Origin: Nitrospinota bacterium
GTDB lineage: Bacteria > Nitrospinota_A > UBA7883 > JBLYYQ01
Direction of reading: 5' to 3'
DNA length: 48,439 nt
Assembly (NCBI GenBank): GCA_048550035.1
Contig: JBLYYQ010000086.1
Span: forward strand, 1 to 48,439
In this document: positions 20,301-28,773 of the stretch, one piece after another
How the letters are laid out: each line of letters opens with the position of its first letter
Position numbering within the stretch: position 1 is the stretch's first letter
Made by a program: the position numbers and the translations under genes
The notes under the pieces: model-generated
Told to the model about the DNA's origin: nothing
The model's input: only the letters and a program-made list of their open reading frames with translations
The model's database searches: none

Positions 20301-21747
20301 GCTACATGCCTTTAATGCTGGCAAATTTAGACCATTTGCTATTGATACATCCGGAATCACAACATGTAGTACTTCCGCTGGTGTAGATGCATTTGTTAGG
20401 GCGCTTAGTAACCAACAAACAATGAATCGACCTGGATCAGGAAGCATAAAAGACTTTATTCATGAAACAACAGATAATCGCGGTAACTCTGTTACGATTG
20501 TTACTAATCAAGGTTATTTTGAATGGGAGGCAGGAGCTGAGGCATCCAATATAGGAACAGGTAAAGAAGAGTGGGCATTTATTCCTCAATATCAGCTACC
20601 ACGCCTGAAGAATAATTACACTAATAGTCCTAAGGAATTAGCTTCCGTTAATTCTTCACCTTCGCTTGCTCTGGTTAAATTTTCTGATGGTGAATTTCGT
20701 CGCGTATTACTCTCAGCAACAGGGAGTGGAGGTGACTCACTCTTCGCACTAGATGTTACGGATCCAGCAAACCCTGAACTATTATGGGAATTTTCTGATT
20801 CTGATCTATTTAGATCAAATTCGTCACCAGCGATAGCACTTACCAAACTGACTACAGGAGAATATCAATGGCGAGCATATTTTACCTCTGGTCAAGCTGT
20901 AGATGCAGATGCCAATATAAAAGTTTTTGCACTTGATGTCGAGGAAGGTCCTACCACCAGCAGTCATGGTGAAATAGAACTTGATAAAGATGATAAAACG
21001 AAAGGGCAAATATCATCAGGACAGCCTGTGGCAGTAGATACCGATGGTAATGGAATTATTGATCGGCTCTACCTTTCAACCAGTAATGGCTACATATACA
21101 AGATACTAATTCCTGATAATACTAACGATGATCCTGAAGTATGTAAATATCTTTATCAAACTGATGATGGGCACGGCATATATAGCGCCCCAGCCGTTGT
21201 TATGGCAAAACTTTCTGGTGCATCAACTGCCTATCCAACTATACTCTTTGGCACCTCTGACAATCCTAACGATAGTTCTGATGGACGTAAATCTGACGGT
21301 TCGCTAAAAGAGTTTACCTTTTATGCAGTACAGGATAAGGAGCTAAGCAAGACAGACTGTGGTGCAGTTGATATTAACGAAACCTGGAAAGTCGGGCTTC
21401 CTGAAGGTCATCGTGTCTTTGGATCACCTTTTGTTAGCGATGGAAAGGTAGGATTTGGGACCTCTACTGCTGAAACTGATGATCCATGTGCGGTTTCAAC
21501 ACTTGCATCTGGCGCAGATGGTAATTTCTATGTCCTAAATGTTGACGATGGATCAGAAGCAGAGGTAGAGGAGAATATTGGTAATAACGTTGCAGGACTA
21601 CATAGTTCAGGAACAAAAATCATAACTTCAACTGTTAATAATCTGATCAAAGAATCAGGAGGTAGTATTTCTGCTCCAGAGCCAGCAGGATCGATTGATC
21701 TAGGTGGCGGCATGCTGATCAACTCTTGGCGTGAGATTACTTTATAG
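17398..21747 (+). CDS. PilY1-like type IV pilus tip adhesin / biogenesis factor (about 1450 aa)
   Basis: The ATG at 17398 is preceded by AAAGGAG. Signal peptide MFTAINNCFSRRVPTLASLVLLTALSL. C-terminal PilY1-type region with the Ca-binding-like loop DTDGNGIIDRLYLSTSNGYIYKI (21037-21063). The N-terminal part has a DUF4114-like GGGDLDFNDVVFLLERK. Positioned after the pilX-like gene. Confidence 0.75.
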   Translation: MFTAINNCFSRRVPTLASLVLLTALSLTLLDSSDNRACAAVSGCVATSEKNTSTSGLQPTDLDAAGVDVLGGDAILQTGATDAIDVSNIKIPFNQDVYFSFIYEGATDDSSLGFFEYQVLLDCFADAGMNINFTTEANINNGVTNLGIPFTELYKAHTYCKTNKNINLINFILPALKQSTGFGGVVTGLSDLYNRDEWCLVPTVTPPNPDDPNHNRLRFNSLTQTGDPCLLTAHTPTNPSRGGWSAEEAYREAGFLVNNNGSNDLGDVRLHLGTFTAGTELVFFLVRKNSGNTTRTFYSKPTLTSYGWSFNNSDNVLLGGPAGNAPKCPSTPGGSGSLCKLGNIALGDTATSSVGCGSGTGTIDLIINLDEAAPEDFTDANRCSGGKIEWDNSPSTPSWTQGILTGNSRQSLLDLYDINFTGKITVATLEPYKPFNNFVALAPEGDKYKWLIGAENQKGGGDLDFNDVVFLLERKSGGVIELKESEALSPTDPAAYITSTTIKVKDTICAGGEIKYSVSVEDLYGNRNWIEIDRNQWQIVREGGPTGPIVTNWNYGEPETTYREAVINFAEAGTTGTKLRWKAELSSTKTECAPVIDFVDLAYVANVEEEFSRSTPVPLAHMLYRSSYATPSRTGKDRGLRGHMRAWERYNPNIKDSTDNPNYLSLADPADPAAEIATYGALSLDVIHNSWDGGKELKTSSYPNRKIYTPKVEVTLVENELLATGDDTRSVFDSLQLRNSSGGARGDIVLGTLEISAGSEILKQSSGSTLEGDAGGTADFNRQDGIITNLVFATPPQNNVRITATYYYYSKSALSRTNEGLIEFEKGTRSNPSKITPELLGLDESSISSAGRIIKYYDFNADQAVDNSDVETLIDWVTTRDVDYKYNFGAAAGLGSTGGTSPTHTWPLAAIDRSSPSILGSRGFPVWSNKAGTQDLTDDLLKFICEAYVHGGSNDPDTYLFVGSSMGMLHAFNAGKFRPFAIDTSGITTCSTSAGVDAFVRALSNQQTMNRPGSGSIKDFIHETTDNRGNSVTIVTNQGYFEWEAGAEASNIGTGKEEWAFIPQYQLPRLKNNYTNSPKELASVNSSPSLALVKFSDGEFRRVLLSATGSGGDSLFALDVTDPANPELLWEFSDSDLFRSNSSPAIALTKLTTGEYQWRAYFTSGQAVDADANIKVFALDVEEGPTTSSHGEIELDKDDKTKGQISSGQPVAVDTDGNGIIDRLYLSTSNGYIYKILIPDNTNDDPEVCKYLYQTDDGHGIYSAPAVVMAKLSGASTAYPTILFGTSDNPNDSSDGRKSDGSLKEFTFYAVQDKELSKTDCGAVDINETWKVGLPEGHRVFGSPFVSDGKVGFGTSTAETDDPCAVSTLASGADGNFYVLNVDDGSEAEVEENIGNNVAGLHSSGTKIITSTVNNLIKESGGSISAPEPAGSIDLGGGMLINSWREITL

Positions 21748-21761
21748 GAAAGGTACTTTTG

Positions 21762-22340
21762 ATGAGACATTTATCGGTCCAGTCAGCTACTAGCCGGGGG
21801 TTTACACTGATTGAGATGCTAGTTGTAATTGCAATTGTTGGAATTTTAACATCTATCGTCTATTTTTCTGGCTCCGCGGTTTTGCCACATAAAAGGATTG
21901 ATAATGCAACCAACAGTGTGAAAGCTATTATCAAGCGGGCTCGCTCTGAAGCAATTACCCAAAGTGCTGATAGGGCTCTTCGTATTAACCCTACAGCCGA
22001 AACATTTGAACTCAAGGTGGATCTTGCAGATACTACCAATATTCAAACCTTGGATTTAACTGGTGGGCTGGCTGAAATTAACACTCTAGCCAATTGTGGT
22101 ACTTCTCCTTCTGCCTCCAATACTATGGTGATGGTTTTTGGGAGTGATGGATCAATTAAGCAGTACTATCAAAATGGTGCTACTGCAATTCCAGGGAGCT
22201 TCCCAATAGTAATTGCTATTACTGCCGGTGGGACAACAGATAATAAAGAGATTGTTATTCACCGAGCTGGAATAGCAAAAATTTTAGATTTTGGGACAAC
22301 TTACGATCTTACTCCTGGTACTGGTGCCTGTCCTTCTTAA
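21762..22340 (+). CDS. GspH/FimT-family minor pilin
   Basis: N-terminus RGFTLIEMLVVIAIVGILTSI. About 190 aa with a GspH/FimT-like body (IIKRARSEAI). The ATG at 21762 (AAGG 7 nt upstream) is preferred over the TTG at 21759. Confidence 0.65.
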   Translation: MRHLSVQSATSRGFTLIEMLVVIAIVGILTSIVYFSGSAVLPHKRIDNATNSVKAIIKRARSEAITQSADRALRINPTAETFELKVDLADTTNIQTLDLTGGLAEINTLANCGTSPSASNTMVMVFGSDGSIKQYYQNGATAIPGSFPIVIAITAGGTTDNKEIVIHRAGIAKILDFGTTYDLTPGTGACPS

Positions 22341-22352
22341 AATGAGTTTATT

Positions 22353-22412
22353 AACTCCCTTAATAACAAGGGGAGTTGATAGATTCTAGGGCTACCCTCA
22401 AGTAGCTTTTTT
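22353..22412. terminator. Possible terminator region between the convergent fimT-like and uvrB genes
   Basis: Two hairpins were read by eye: AACTCCCTT/AAGGGGAGTT (22353-22377, one bulge) and GCTAC-CCTCAA-GTAGC followed by TTTTTT (22391-22412). The stems are short. Confidence 0.3.
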
Positions 22413-22414
22413 AA

Positions 22415-24415
22415 TTAACCTACAGTTAGGAGTAGCTCTTGTAACTTTTTAAGCTCATCTCGAAGTTTAGCTGCCTTCTCAAATTCAAACTCTTTTGCGG
22501 CAGCTAACATCTTCTTCTCTTTAAGGTTTATCAATCGACCAATTTCATCCTGACTAGAATATTCTAAAGCGAACTTATCTGCCGGGATATCGATATAATC
22601 TTTATCAGAGAGTGTGACCAATGGATCAGTCATATTACGCTTAACTGTGGCAGGTTTGATCTTATATTTTTTATTATATGCTTCCTGTTTTTTTCTACGG
22701 CGATTCATCTCTCTAGTCGCTACATTAATAGAATCTGTAATTCTATCAGCATATATTATAACCTTACCGTTTATATTTCGTGCCGCTCGACCAGAGGTCT
22801 GAATTAATGATGTAGCTGATCGTAAAAATCCTTCGACATCACCATTTAAAATTGCAACCCGGCTTACTTCTGGAATATCTAATCCTTCCCTCAAAAGATT
22901 GACTCCGATCAAAACATCAAACTTGCCGATTCGTAAATCTTGGAGTATTGCTATCCTATCTAAAGTCACTATATCAGAGTGAAGGTAGGCAGCCTTGATC
23001 TTTAAAGATTGAAGATAGTCTGCTAAATCTTCCGCTTGACGCTTCGTTAATGCTGAAACTAATATCCGCTCTCCCTTCTCAATCCTCTCATTTATCTCCC
23101 CTAACAGATCATCAACCTGGTTCTTGACAGGTCTAATTTCAACTGCAGGGTCTACTAAACCTGTCGGTCTTATTACCTGTTCAGCTGATAGACCATCGCT
23201 AATCTCTAATTCATATCTACTAGGGGTTGCTGAAACATAGATTCGGGTTGATGATATTATCGATTCAAACTCCCCAAATGATAGTGGCCGGTTATCTAAC
23301 GCTGAAGGGAGCCTGAATCCATGTTCAATCAGACTCTCCTTTCGGGATCTGTCACCTTTATACATCGCCCCTATTTGCGGAATCGTCTGATGCGATTCAT
23401 CAATAATTACTAATGTATCTTTTGGTAAATATTCTAATAAGGTGGGTGGGGGTGCTCCTGCTACACGACTATATAAATATCGAGAATAGTTCTCAATTCC
23501 TTTGCAATAGTTAGTCGCCTCTAACATCGCAATATCATTCATCGTCCGCTCTTCAATTCGTTGCGCCTCAATCAATTTATTGGCTCTTTTAAATTTCTTG
23601 ATCTGGCTTGAAAGCTCTAGCTTTACATCTTTGATTGCTCGCTTTAATAGCTTAGCACTTACTGCATAATGGGTTGCAGGGTAAATGTTAACTTTCTCTA
23701 TAGTACCAAATGGCCTCCCTGTTAATGAATCGACTAACTTTATATCTTCAATCTCATCATCAAAAAATTCTATACGGATCGATGAATCACTATCGTAAAC
23801 CGGGATAATCTCTACTAGATCACCATTAACTCTAAATGTACCCCGTTTGAAATCTATATTGTTTCGCTCATACTGTATATCTACTAACTTCCTTAAAAAT
23901 TGATCGCGCTCTAGTTTCATCCCTTTCTCTATTGAGATACGCATCTCTTTGTATAGCTCTGGCGTCCCAAGTCCGTAGATGCAAGAGACTGATGAGACTA
24001 TTATCACATCTTGATGTTCAAAGAGCGACATCGTTGCACTATGTCTTAATTTGTCTAGTTGGTCATTGATACTTGCATCCTTTTCGATATAAATATCTTT
24101 TGATGGAATATATGCTTCTGGCTGGTAATAATCATAATATGAAACAAAATATTCTACTTTGTTTGCTGGGAAAAACTGCTTGAACTCACTATATAGCTGT
24201 GCAGCTAAGGTCTTATTATGAGCAATTATTAATGCAGGGCGAAGAGATGATGCTATTACATGTGCTATCGTAAATGTTTTTCCCGAACCTGTCACCCCTA
24301 GTAATGTCTGATGCTGTTTGCCGAGACGTTCACCTTCAACTAAATTGGCTATTGCAGCTGGCTGATCGCCTGATGGAATAAAATCAGATACAAGTTTAAA
24401 CCGAGCTTTGTTCAT
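22415..24415 (-). CDS. uvrB: Excinuclease ABC subunit B
   Basis: 666 aa. GVTGSGKTFT Walker A, DESH box, beta-hairpin region YYDYYQPEAY and the C-terminal UVR domain EFEKAAKLRDEL. Confidence 0.97.
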   Translation of the reverse strand: MNKARFKLVSDFIPSGDQPAAIANLVEGERLGKQHQTLLGVTGSGKTFTIAHVIASSLRPALIIAHNKTLAAQLYSEFKQFFPANKVEYFVSYYDYYQPEAYIPSKDIYIEKDASINDQLDKLRHSATMSLFEHQDVIIVSSVSCIYGLGTPELYKEMRISIEKGMKLERDQFLRKLVDIQYERNNIDFKRGTFRVNGDLVEIIPVYDSDSSIRIEFFDDEIEDIKLVDSLTGRPFGTIEKVNIYPATHYAVSAKLLKRAIKDVKLELSSQIKKFKRANKLIEAQRIEERTMNDIAMLEATNYCKGIENYSRYLYSRVAGAPPPTLLEYLPKDTLVIIDESHQTIPQIGAMYKGDRSRKESLIEHGFRLPSALDNRPLSFGEFESIISSTRIYVSATPSRYELEISDGLSAEQVIRPTGLVDPAVEIRPVKNQVDDLLGEINERIEKGERILVSALTKRQAEDLADYLQSLKIKAAYLHSDIVTLDRIAILQDLRIGKFDVLIGVNLLREGLDIPEVSRVAILNGDVEGFLRSATSLIQTSGRAARNINGKVIIYADRITDSINVATREMNRRRKKQEAYNKKYKIKPATVKRNMTDPLVTLSDKDYIDIPADKFALEYSSQDEIGRLINLKEKKMLAAAKEFEFEKAAKLRDELKKLQELLLTVG

Positions 24416-24469
24416 CAGAGGTCCGAATTTTGTAACAATAGAATTTGGGGCAACTTAAGTAAGAACAGT

Positions 24470-24901
24470 CTATCTAGACTCTAATACTATATTGTCTGGC
24501 TCATCCAAAGGGGTGCTTGCCTGAGCTGATCCATTATCTTCCTTACTATTATGTGAACTATCTTTCGTCATCGATATCTGCCCTTCTAATACAGCACCAT
24601 CCTCAATATTGAGTACAGGGGTATAGACATTTCCGATTAGCTGACCTTTCCCTGTGATTTGAACCTTCTGTTCTGCATAAACATCCCCTTCTACCTTACC
24701 TTTGATTACTATTGAGCTGACCCTTACTTCTGCAATAATATGACCACTCTCTCCTACTATTAAGTTGTCTCCACTCTCAATGTTCCCTTCAAACTTACCA
24801 TCAATCCGGACTGCACCATCAAACTTTAAGATACCTTTAAACTCGGTCTCTTCCCCTAAAAATGCCTTTATTATATCTTTACCACTACCTAGCTTGCTCA
24901 T
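24470..24901 (-). CDS. Bactofilin (polymer-forming cytoskeletal protein, DUF583)
   Basis: 143 aa. Repetitive beta-helix pattern (FKGILKFDGAVRIDGKFEGNIESGDNLIVGESGHIIAEVRVSSIVIKGKVEGDVYA...) with a disordered C-terminal tail. Confidence 0.85.
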   Translation of the reverse strand: MSKLGSGKDIIKAFLGEETEFKGILKFDGAVRIDGKFEGNIESGDNLIVGESGHIIAEVRVSSIVIKGKVEGDVYAEQKVQITGKGQLIGNVYTPVLNIEDGAVLEGQISMTKDSSHNSKEDNGSAQASTPLDEPDNIVLESR

Positions 24902-25034
24902 CTATTAACCCTTCTTTAAATAATCGATATTGTAGAGTAAAATCTCATCATATTAAATCACTTTATACTCTATATAACCTTTTGGCAGTTCATAACTTGC
25001 AGATCGGCAGAGTAAAAATTTTACGAGTCAATTA

Positions 25035-25871
25035 CTATTTGACTCCAAGGAGCTTCAAAAGATGATCAAACTCCTCCTCTCCTTCGAATTTAATCGTTAA
25101 TCTACCCTTTAACCCATTGAGATCAACTGAACTTTTTAGACCAACTCTCTGTTCAATCAGCTCAATAATTCGGGTTAGCTCAACCGGTATCTCCTTTTTT
25201 TTAGGACGATTCCTCTGCTCCACTGCACGAACATTAAGATTCTGGCTTAATATATTATCTCTAGCAGCTAGCTGTGCTTCTTTCCCTTCTATCGATAAGA
25301 GCGCTCTAGCATGACCTGCTGTCAGACGAGATTCAATTAAATCTGCTTGAATTTCATCTGGAAGTTTTAAGAGTCGTAAACTATTTGCGATCGATGATCT
25401 ACTCTTATTAATCTTTTCTGATAACCCCTCTTGCGTTATATCAAACTCTAACATTAATCGACGGTAGCTGTTTGCAATCTCAATTGGATTCAGGTCTTCA
25501 CGCTGAATGTTCTCAATCAATGCTAGCTCCAACCGCTTTGACTCTTTTACAGTCCGGACTATTGCTGGAATCTCTTTTAAGCCAATTAACTTTGATGCAC
25601 GCCAACGTCTCTCACCTGCTATCAGTTCGAATTGACTCCCTCGCCTACTTACAACAATAGGTTGAATGAAGCCATCTTTCTTAATTGACTCTCCTAACTC
25701 TATTAGCTTTTCATCATTAAATAGTTTGCGTGGCTGATATCTGGAACTCTGAATATGGCTGACATTTAACAATCGAATCTCAAGCTTATCTCCCAAACTC
25801 TTACCTGAACTACTACTATAATTTGGAATCAACGCATCCAATCCTCGACCGAGCGCTTTTCTTGAACTCAT
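25035..25871 (-). CDS. parB: Chromosome partitioning protein ParB
   Basis: 278 aa. ParB box LIAGERRWRAS, ENIQREDLNPIE and an HTH region. Confidence 0.95.
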   Translation of the reverse strand: MSSRKALGRGLDALIPNYSSSSGKSLGDKLEIRLLNVSHIQSSRYQPRKLFNDEKLIELGESIKKDGFIQPIVVSRRGSQFELIAGERRWRASKLIGLKEIPAIVRTVKESKRLELALIENIQREDLNPIEIANSYRRLMLEFDITQEGLSEKINKSRSSIANSLRLLKLPDEIQADLIESRLTAGHARALLSIEGKEAQLAARDNILSQNLNVRAVEQRNRPKKKEIPVELTRIIELIEQRVGLKSSVDLNGLKGRLTIKFEGEEEFDHLLKLLGVK

Positions 25872-25883
25872 AATCTATCCTCT

Positions 25884-26654
25884 TTAATTCGGACTACTTT
25901 TTGCTATTAATTCATAAGCAAGATTTATATATGCATCAGAACCTTTTGACTTTATATCATATAAAATCAATGGTTTCCCAAATGATTGAGCCTCTGGAAC
26001 TCTTATATTTCTTGGTATAATTGAGTCAAAAACCTCTTTATTATAATGGCTCCTAACATCGTCTATTACCTGCCTTGAGAGTGCAGTCCTACTATCGACC
26101 ATTGTAAGGAGTATCCCCTCTAATGTTAATCCTGAATTAAACTGCTCTCTAACTCGCTCAATTGTATCAAGCAGTTGACTTAAACCTTCTAAAGCATAAA
26201 ACTCAGTCTGCATCGGGATAATTACCGATTCAGCTGCAGTTAACGCATTTATTGTCAACATTCCTAACGATGGAGGGCAATCAATGAGGATATAGTCGAA
26301 TCTCCCATTAAGAGTGCCAATCAACTCTTTTAATTTCCATTCTCGATTATCGATTGTTAATAATTCAACCTCCGCTCCATAAAGATCTACAGTAGAACTA
26401 ATCGCTTTAAGTTTATCAATCGATGTATCAGAAATCATAGAATCATTTAATACCCCTTCAGTTAGTGCATTATAGATATTTTTCTTCTGATTACCTTTCC
26501 CTAATCCCAACCCTGTAGAGCCGTTCCCTTGTGGATCAAAGTCGATGATTAAAACCTCTTTGTCAGCAATTGCTAATGCGGCAGCTAAGTTCACTGCTGT
26601 CGTGGTTTTCCCAACCCCACCTTTCTGGTTTGCAACCGCTATAATTTTTTTCAT
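25884..26654 (-). CDS. parA: Chromosome partitioning ATPase ParA/Soj
   Basis: 256 aa. Deviant Walker A NQKGGVGKTTT and IIDCPPSLG. Confidence 0.95.
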   Translation of the reverse strand: MKKIIAVANQKGGVGKTTTAVNLAAALAIADKEVLIIDFDPQGNGSTGLGLGKGNQKKNIYNALTEGVLNDSMISDTSIDKLKAISSTVDLYGAEVELLTIDNREWKLKELIGTLNGRFDYILIDCPPSLGMLTINALTAAESVIIPMQTEFYALEGLSQLLDTIERVREQFNSGLTLEGILLTMVDSRTALSRQVIDDVRSHYNKEVFDSIIPRNIRVPEAQSFGKPLILYDIKSKGSDAYINLAYELIAKSSPN

Positions 26655-26723
26655 CTACTTTTATCCTTAGAATTTCATAATTCTAACAGCTTTTTATCGT
26701 TTATTAGCTAACTTTTCTTGCAA

Positions 26724-26739
26724 TGTTTCACGTGAAACA
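26724..26739. promoter_or_regulatory. parS site 1 (perfect TGTTTCACGTGAAACA)
   Basis: Exact 16-bp match to the canonical palindromic parS. The palindrome extends to 20 bp (AATGTTTCACGTGAAACATT). Lies in the mnmG-parA spacer. Confidence 0.9.
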
Positions 26740-26774
26740 TTTTCTAACCCAAGATTTCATCTCAAATATTACAA

Positions 26775-26790
26775 TGTTTCACGTGAAACA
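26775..26790. promoter_or_regulatory. parS site 2 (perfect TGTTTCACGTGAAACA)
   Basis: Second exact copy, 51 bp from the first. The palindrome extends to 22 bp (CAATGTTTCACGTGAAACATTG). Confidence 0.9.
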
Positions 26791-26829
26791 TTGCTTAAGC
26801 AAAGATTGAATCTCAAAATAGAGTTTTAG

Positions 26830-28689
26830 CTACACTCCTCGTGGTCTGCTTCTTAATAATTTGCTTATATGTAGATAGATTATCCCGATCGCCGCAGGAG
26901 TTATCCCAGAAATCCTCGATGCTTGACCTATCGTTAACGGTCGAATTAATTCTAGCTTCTCTTTTACCTCTGTCGATAGCCCTTCTATCTCTTTGTAGTC
27001 GAAATTGGAGGGAATCTCGACTTTGCCACTCTTTTCGCTCTTTTTAAGGAGACGCTCTTGCCTTCGAATATACCCTTCATACTTAGATGAAATCTCTACC
27101 TGCTCTAACTCATCGTCAGTTAATTCTCCTCTTGTATAGCTAGCTATATCTTCTAACTTGAGCTTCGGCCGCTTTAATAGCTCTTTAATCGTGATACCGT
27201 CTGCTGGGATATTGAGTGAGAGCGCCTCTCCATCTGAGCGGTGAAGTCGAATTCTCTCTAAACGGTCTAGCTCTTTCTCAATATTCTCTCGCTTCTCTGA
27301 AAACTTATTATAATCAGACTCGCTTAATAGTCCTACTTTGTAGCCGACATCAGAAAGTCTAAGATCTGCATTATCCTGTCTTAATAGAAGTCTGAATTCT
27401 GCTCTAGAGGTAAACATCCTATAAGGTTCGTTAGTCCCTTTTGTTACTAAGTCATCTACAAGGACCCCTAAATAGCTCGATTCTCGGCCGAAACTTATCT
27501 TCTCCTTACCTAGTAGAGTCAACGCTCCATTAATACCTGCTAGCAGACCTTGAGCTGCCGCCTCTTCGTAACCTGAAGTCCCATTTATCTGTCCTGCAAA
27601 AAAGAGATTTTTGATAAGTTTAGTCTCTAATGTTGGAAATAGTTGTGTCGGCTGAAAAAAATCGTATTCAACTGCATAGCCTGGTTTTAAAATTTTAGCA
27701 CCCTCTAAACCTATTACTGTATGAAGAAACTGCTCCTGAATCTCAATTGGGAGTGAAGTCGAAAGACCGTTCAAATAGAGCTCGTTGCTATCTACCCCTT
27801 CTGGCTCTAAAAATATCTGATGCGATAGCTTGTCAGGAAACTTTTTGACTTTATCCTCAATTGATGGGCAATATCTCGGTCCAACACCATCAATTTCGCC
27901 TGAGAAGAGAGGTGATTTATCAAAATTTGCTTCAATCAGACGGTTAGTTGCCTCTGTCGTCTCGGTTATAAAACAGGATATCTGGTTTGCTCCCTGATGA
28001 TCACCATAGAAAGAAAATTTTGGAACCGGTTCGTCTCCTTGTTGCTCAACCGTTTTACTGAAGTCGACACTATTGATATCGATTCTAGCTGATGTGCCGG
28101 TTTTAAGACGTCCAATATCAAATCCTATTTCAGATAAAAATTTGCTAATCGATCTTGCTGAATCTGCAGAGTAACGGCCACCTCTGATTTTACTCTTTCC
28201 GATATGGATTAGACCGTTTAGAAATGTCCCAGCTGACAAAACCACTCCCTTGGATAAAAACTTTTCACCAGTTGAGAGAGTAACCCCGCTGACCGTCTCA
28301 CCTTTTAACAGAACTCTATCTACCATTCCTTCAACGATTGAGATGTTAGGCTCACTCTCTACTACTGCTTGAGTCATTTTTTGATATATGACCCGATCAG
28401 CCTGAGCCCTGAATGCTTGAACCGCAGGACCTTTTGATCGATTGAGTGTTCGAAACTGTATTCCAGCTCGATCAATTAACCTCCCCATCTCGCCACCTAA
28501 TGCGTCAATCTCTCTTACAAGATGACCCTTGGCAACTCCACCTATCGCAGGATTGCAGCTCATTGCTCCGATCTGGTCAACATTCATTGTAATCAAGAGT
28601 ACCTTCACGCCGATTCTAGCGGAAGCTAATGCTGCCTCAACTCCAGCATGCCCTCCTCCAACTACAATAATTCTATCCTCTTCTCCCAT
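26830..28689 (-). CDS. mnmG: tRNA uridine 5-carboxymethylaminomethyl modification enzyme MnmG (GidA)
   Basis: 619 aa. FAD motif [18 protein letters not shown] and [16 protein letters not shown]. Confidence 0.97.
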   Translation of the reverse strand: MGEEDRIIVVGGGHAGVEAALASARIGVKVLLITMNVDQIGAMSCNPAIGGVAKGHLVREIDALGGEMGRLIDRAGIQFRTLNRSKGPAVQAFRAQADRVIYQKMTQAVVESEPNISIVEGMVDRVLLKGETVSGVTLSTGEKFLSKGVVLSAGTFLNGLIHIGKSKIRGGRYSADSARSISKFLSEIGFDIGRLKTGTSARIDINSVDFSKTVEQQGDEPVPKFSFYGDHQGANQISCFITETTEATNRLIEANFDKSPLFSGEIDGVGPRYCPSIEDKVKKFPDKLSHQIFLEPEGVDSNELYLNGLSTSLPIEIQEQFLHTVIGLEGAKILKPGYAVEYDFFQPTQLFPTLETKLIKNLFFAGQINGTSGYEEAAAQGLLAGINGALTLLGKEKISFGRESSYLGVLVDDLVTKGTNEPYRMFTSRAEFRLLLRQDNADLRLSDVGYKVGLLSESDYNKFSEKRENIEKELDRLERIRLHRSDGEALSLNIPADGITIKELLKRPKLKLEDIASYTRGELTDDELEQVEISSKYEGYIRRQERLLKKSEKSGKVEIPSNFDYKEIEGLSTEVKEKLELIRPLTIGQASRISGITPAAIGIIYLHISKLLRSRPRGV

Positions 28690-28773
28690 TTCTATGCTTG
28701 CCTTACCGCTTCTTTATTCTGTTATATTTTCTGCTACTATTCTGATTGCTCTTTACTCTGCTACCTTCTTCTA

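Larger units (their letters stand above)
26722..26823. repeat. Imperfect 51-bp tandem duplication, each unit carrying one parS
   Basis: The units 26722-26772 and 26773-26823 share the 20-bp parS core exactly. Most of the following 31 bp also match (..AAGATT.A.TCTCAAA..). Confidence 0.7.

Noticed and set aside
14850-22340. Pilus gene block as a tRNA-Lys-associated genomic island. It is the only plus-strand block and looks GC-richer by eye.
   Set aside because: There is no integrase, transposase or direct repeat of the tRNA 3' end. The block lies on the 5' side of the tRNA, not the usual 3' integration side. The higher GC can be explained by the Ala/Gly/Thr-rich pilin composition.
24990-25015. 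Sigma-54-like TTGGCA...CTTGCA element between the bactofilin gene and parB
   Set aside because: The GG-to-GC spacing is 3 nt too long for a -24/-12 promoter. It is also on the plus strand, with no downstream plus-strand gene.
26655-26829. Alternative oriC in the mnmG-parA spacer
   Set aside because: Only degenerate DnaA-box-like strings are present (for example TTATCCTTA, with 2 mismatches). The spacer is better explained by the parS sites and the parA promoter.
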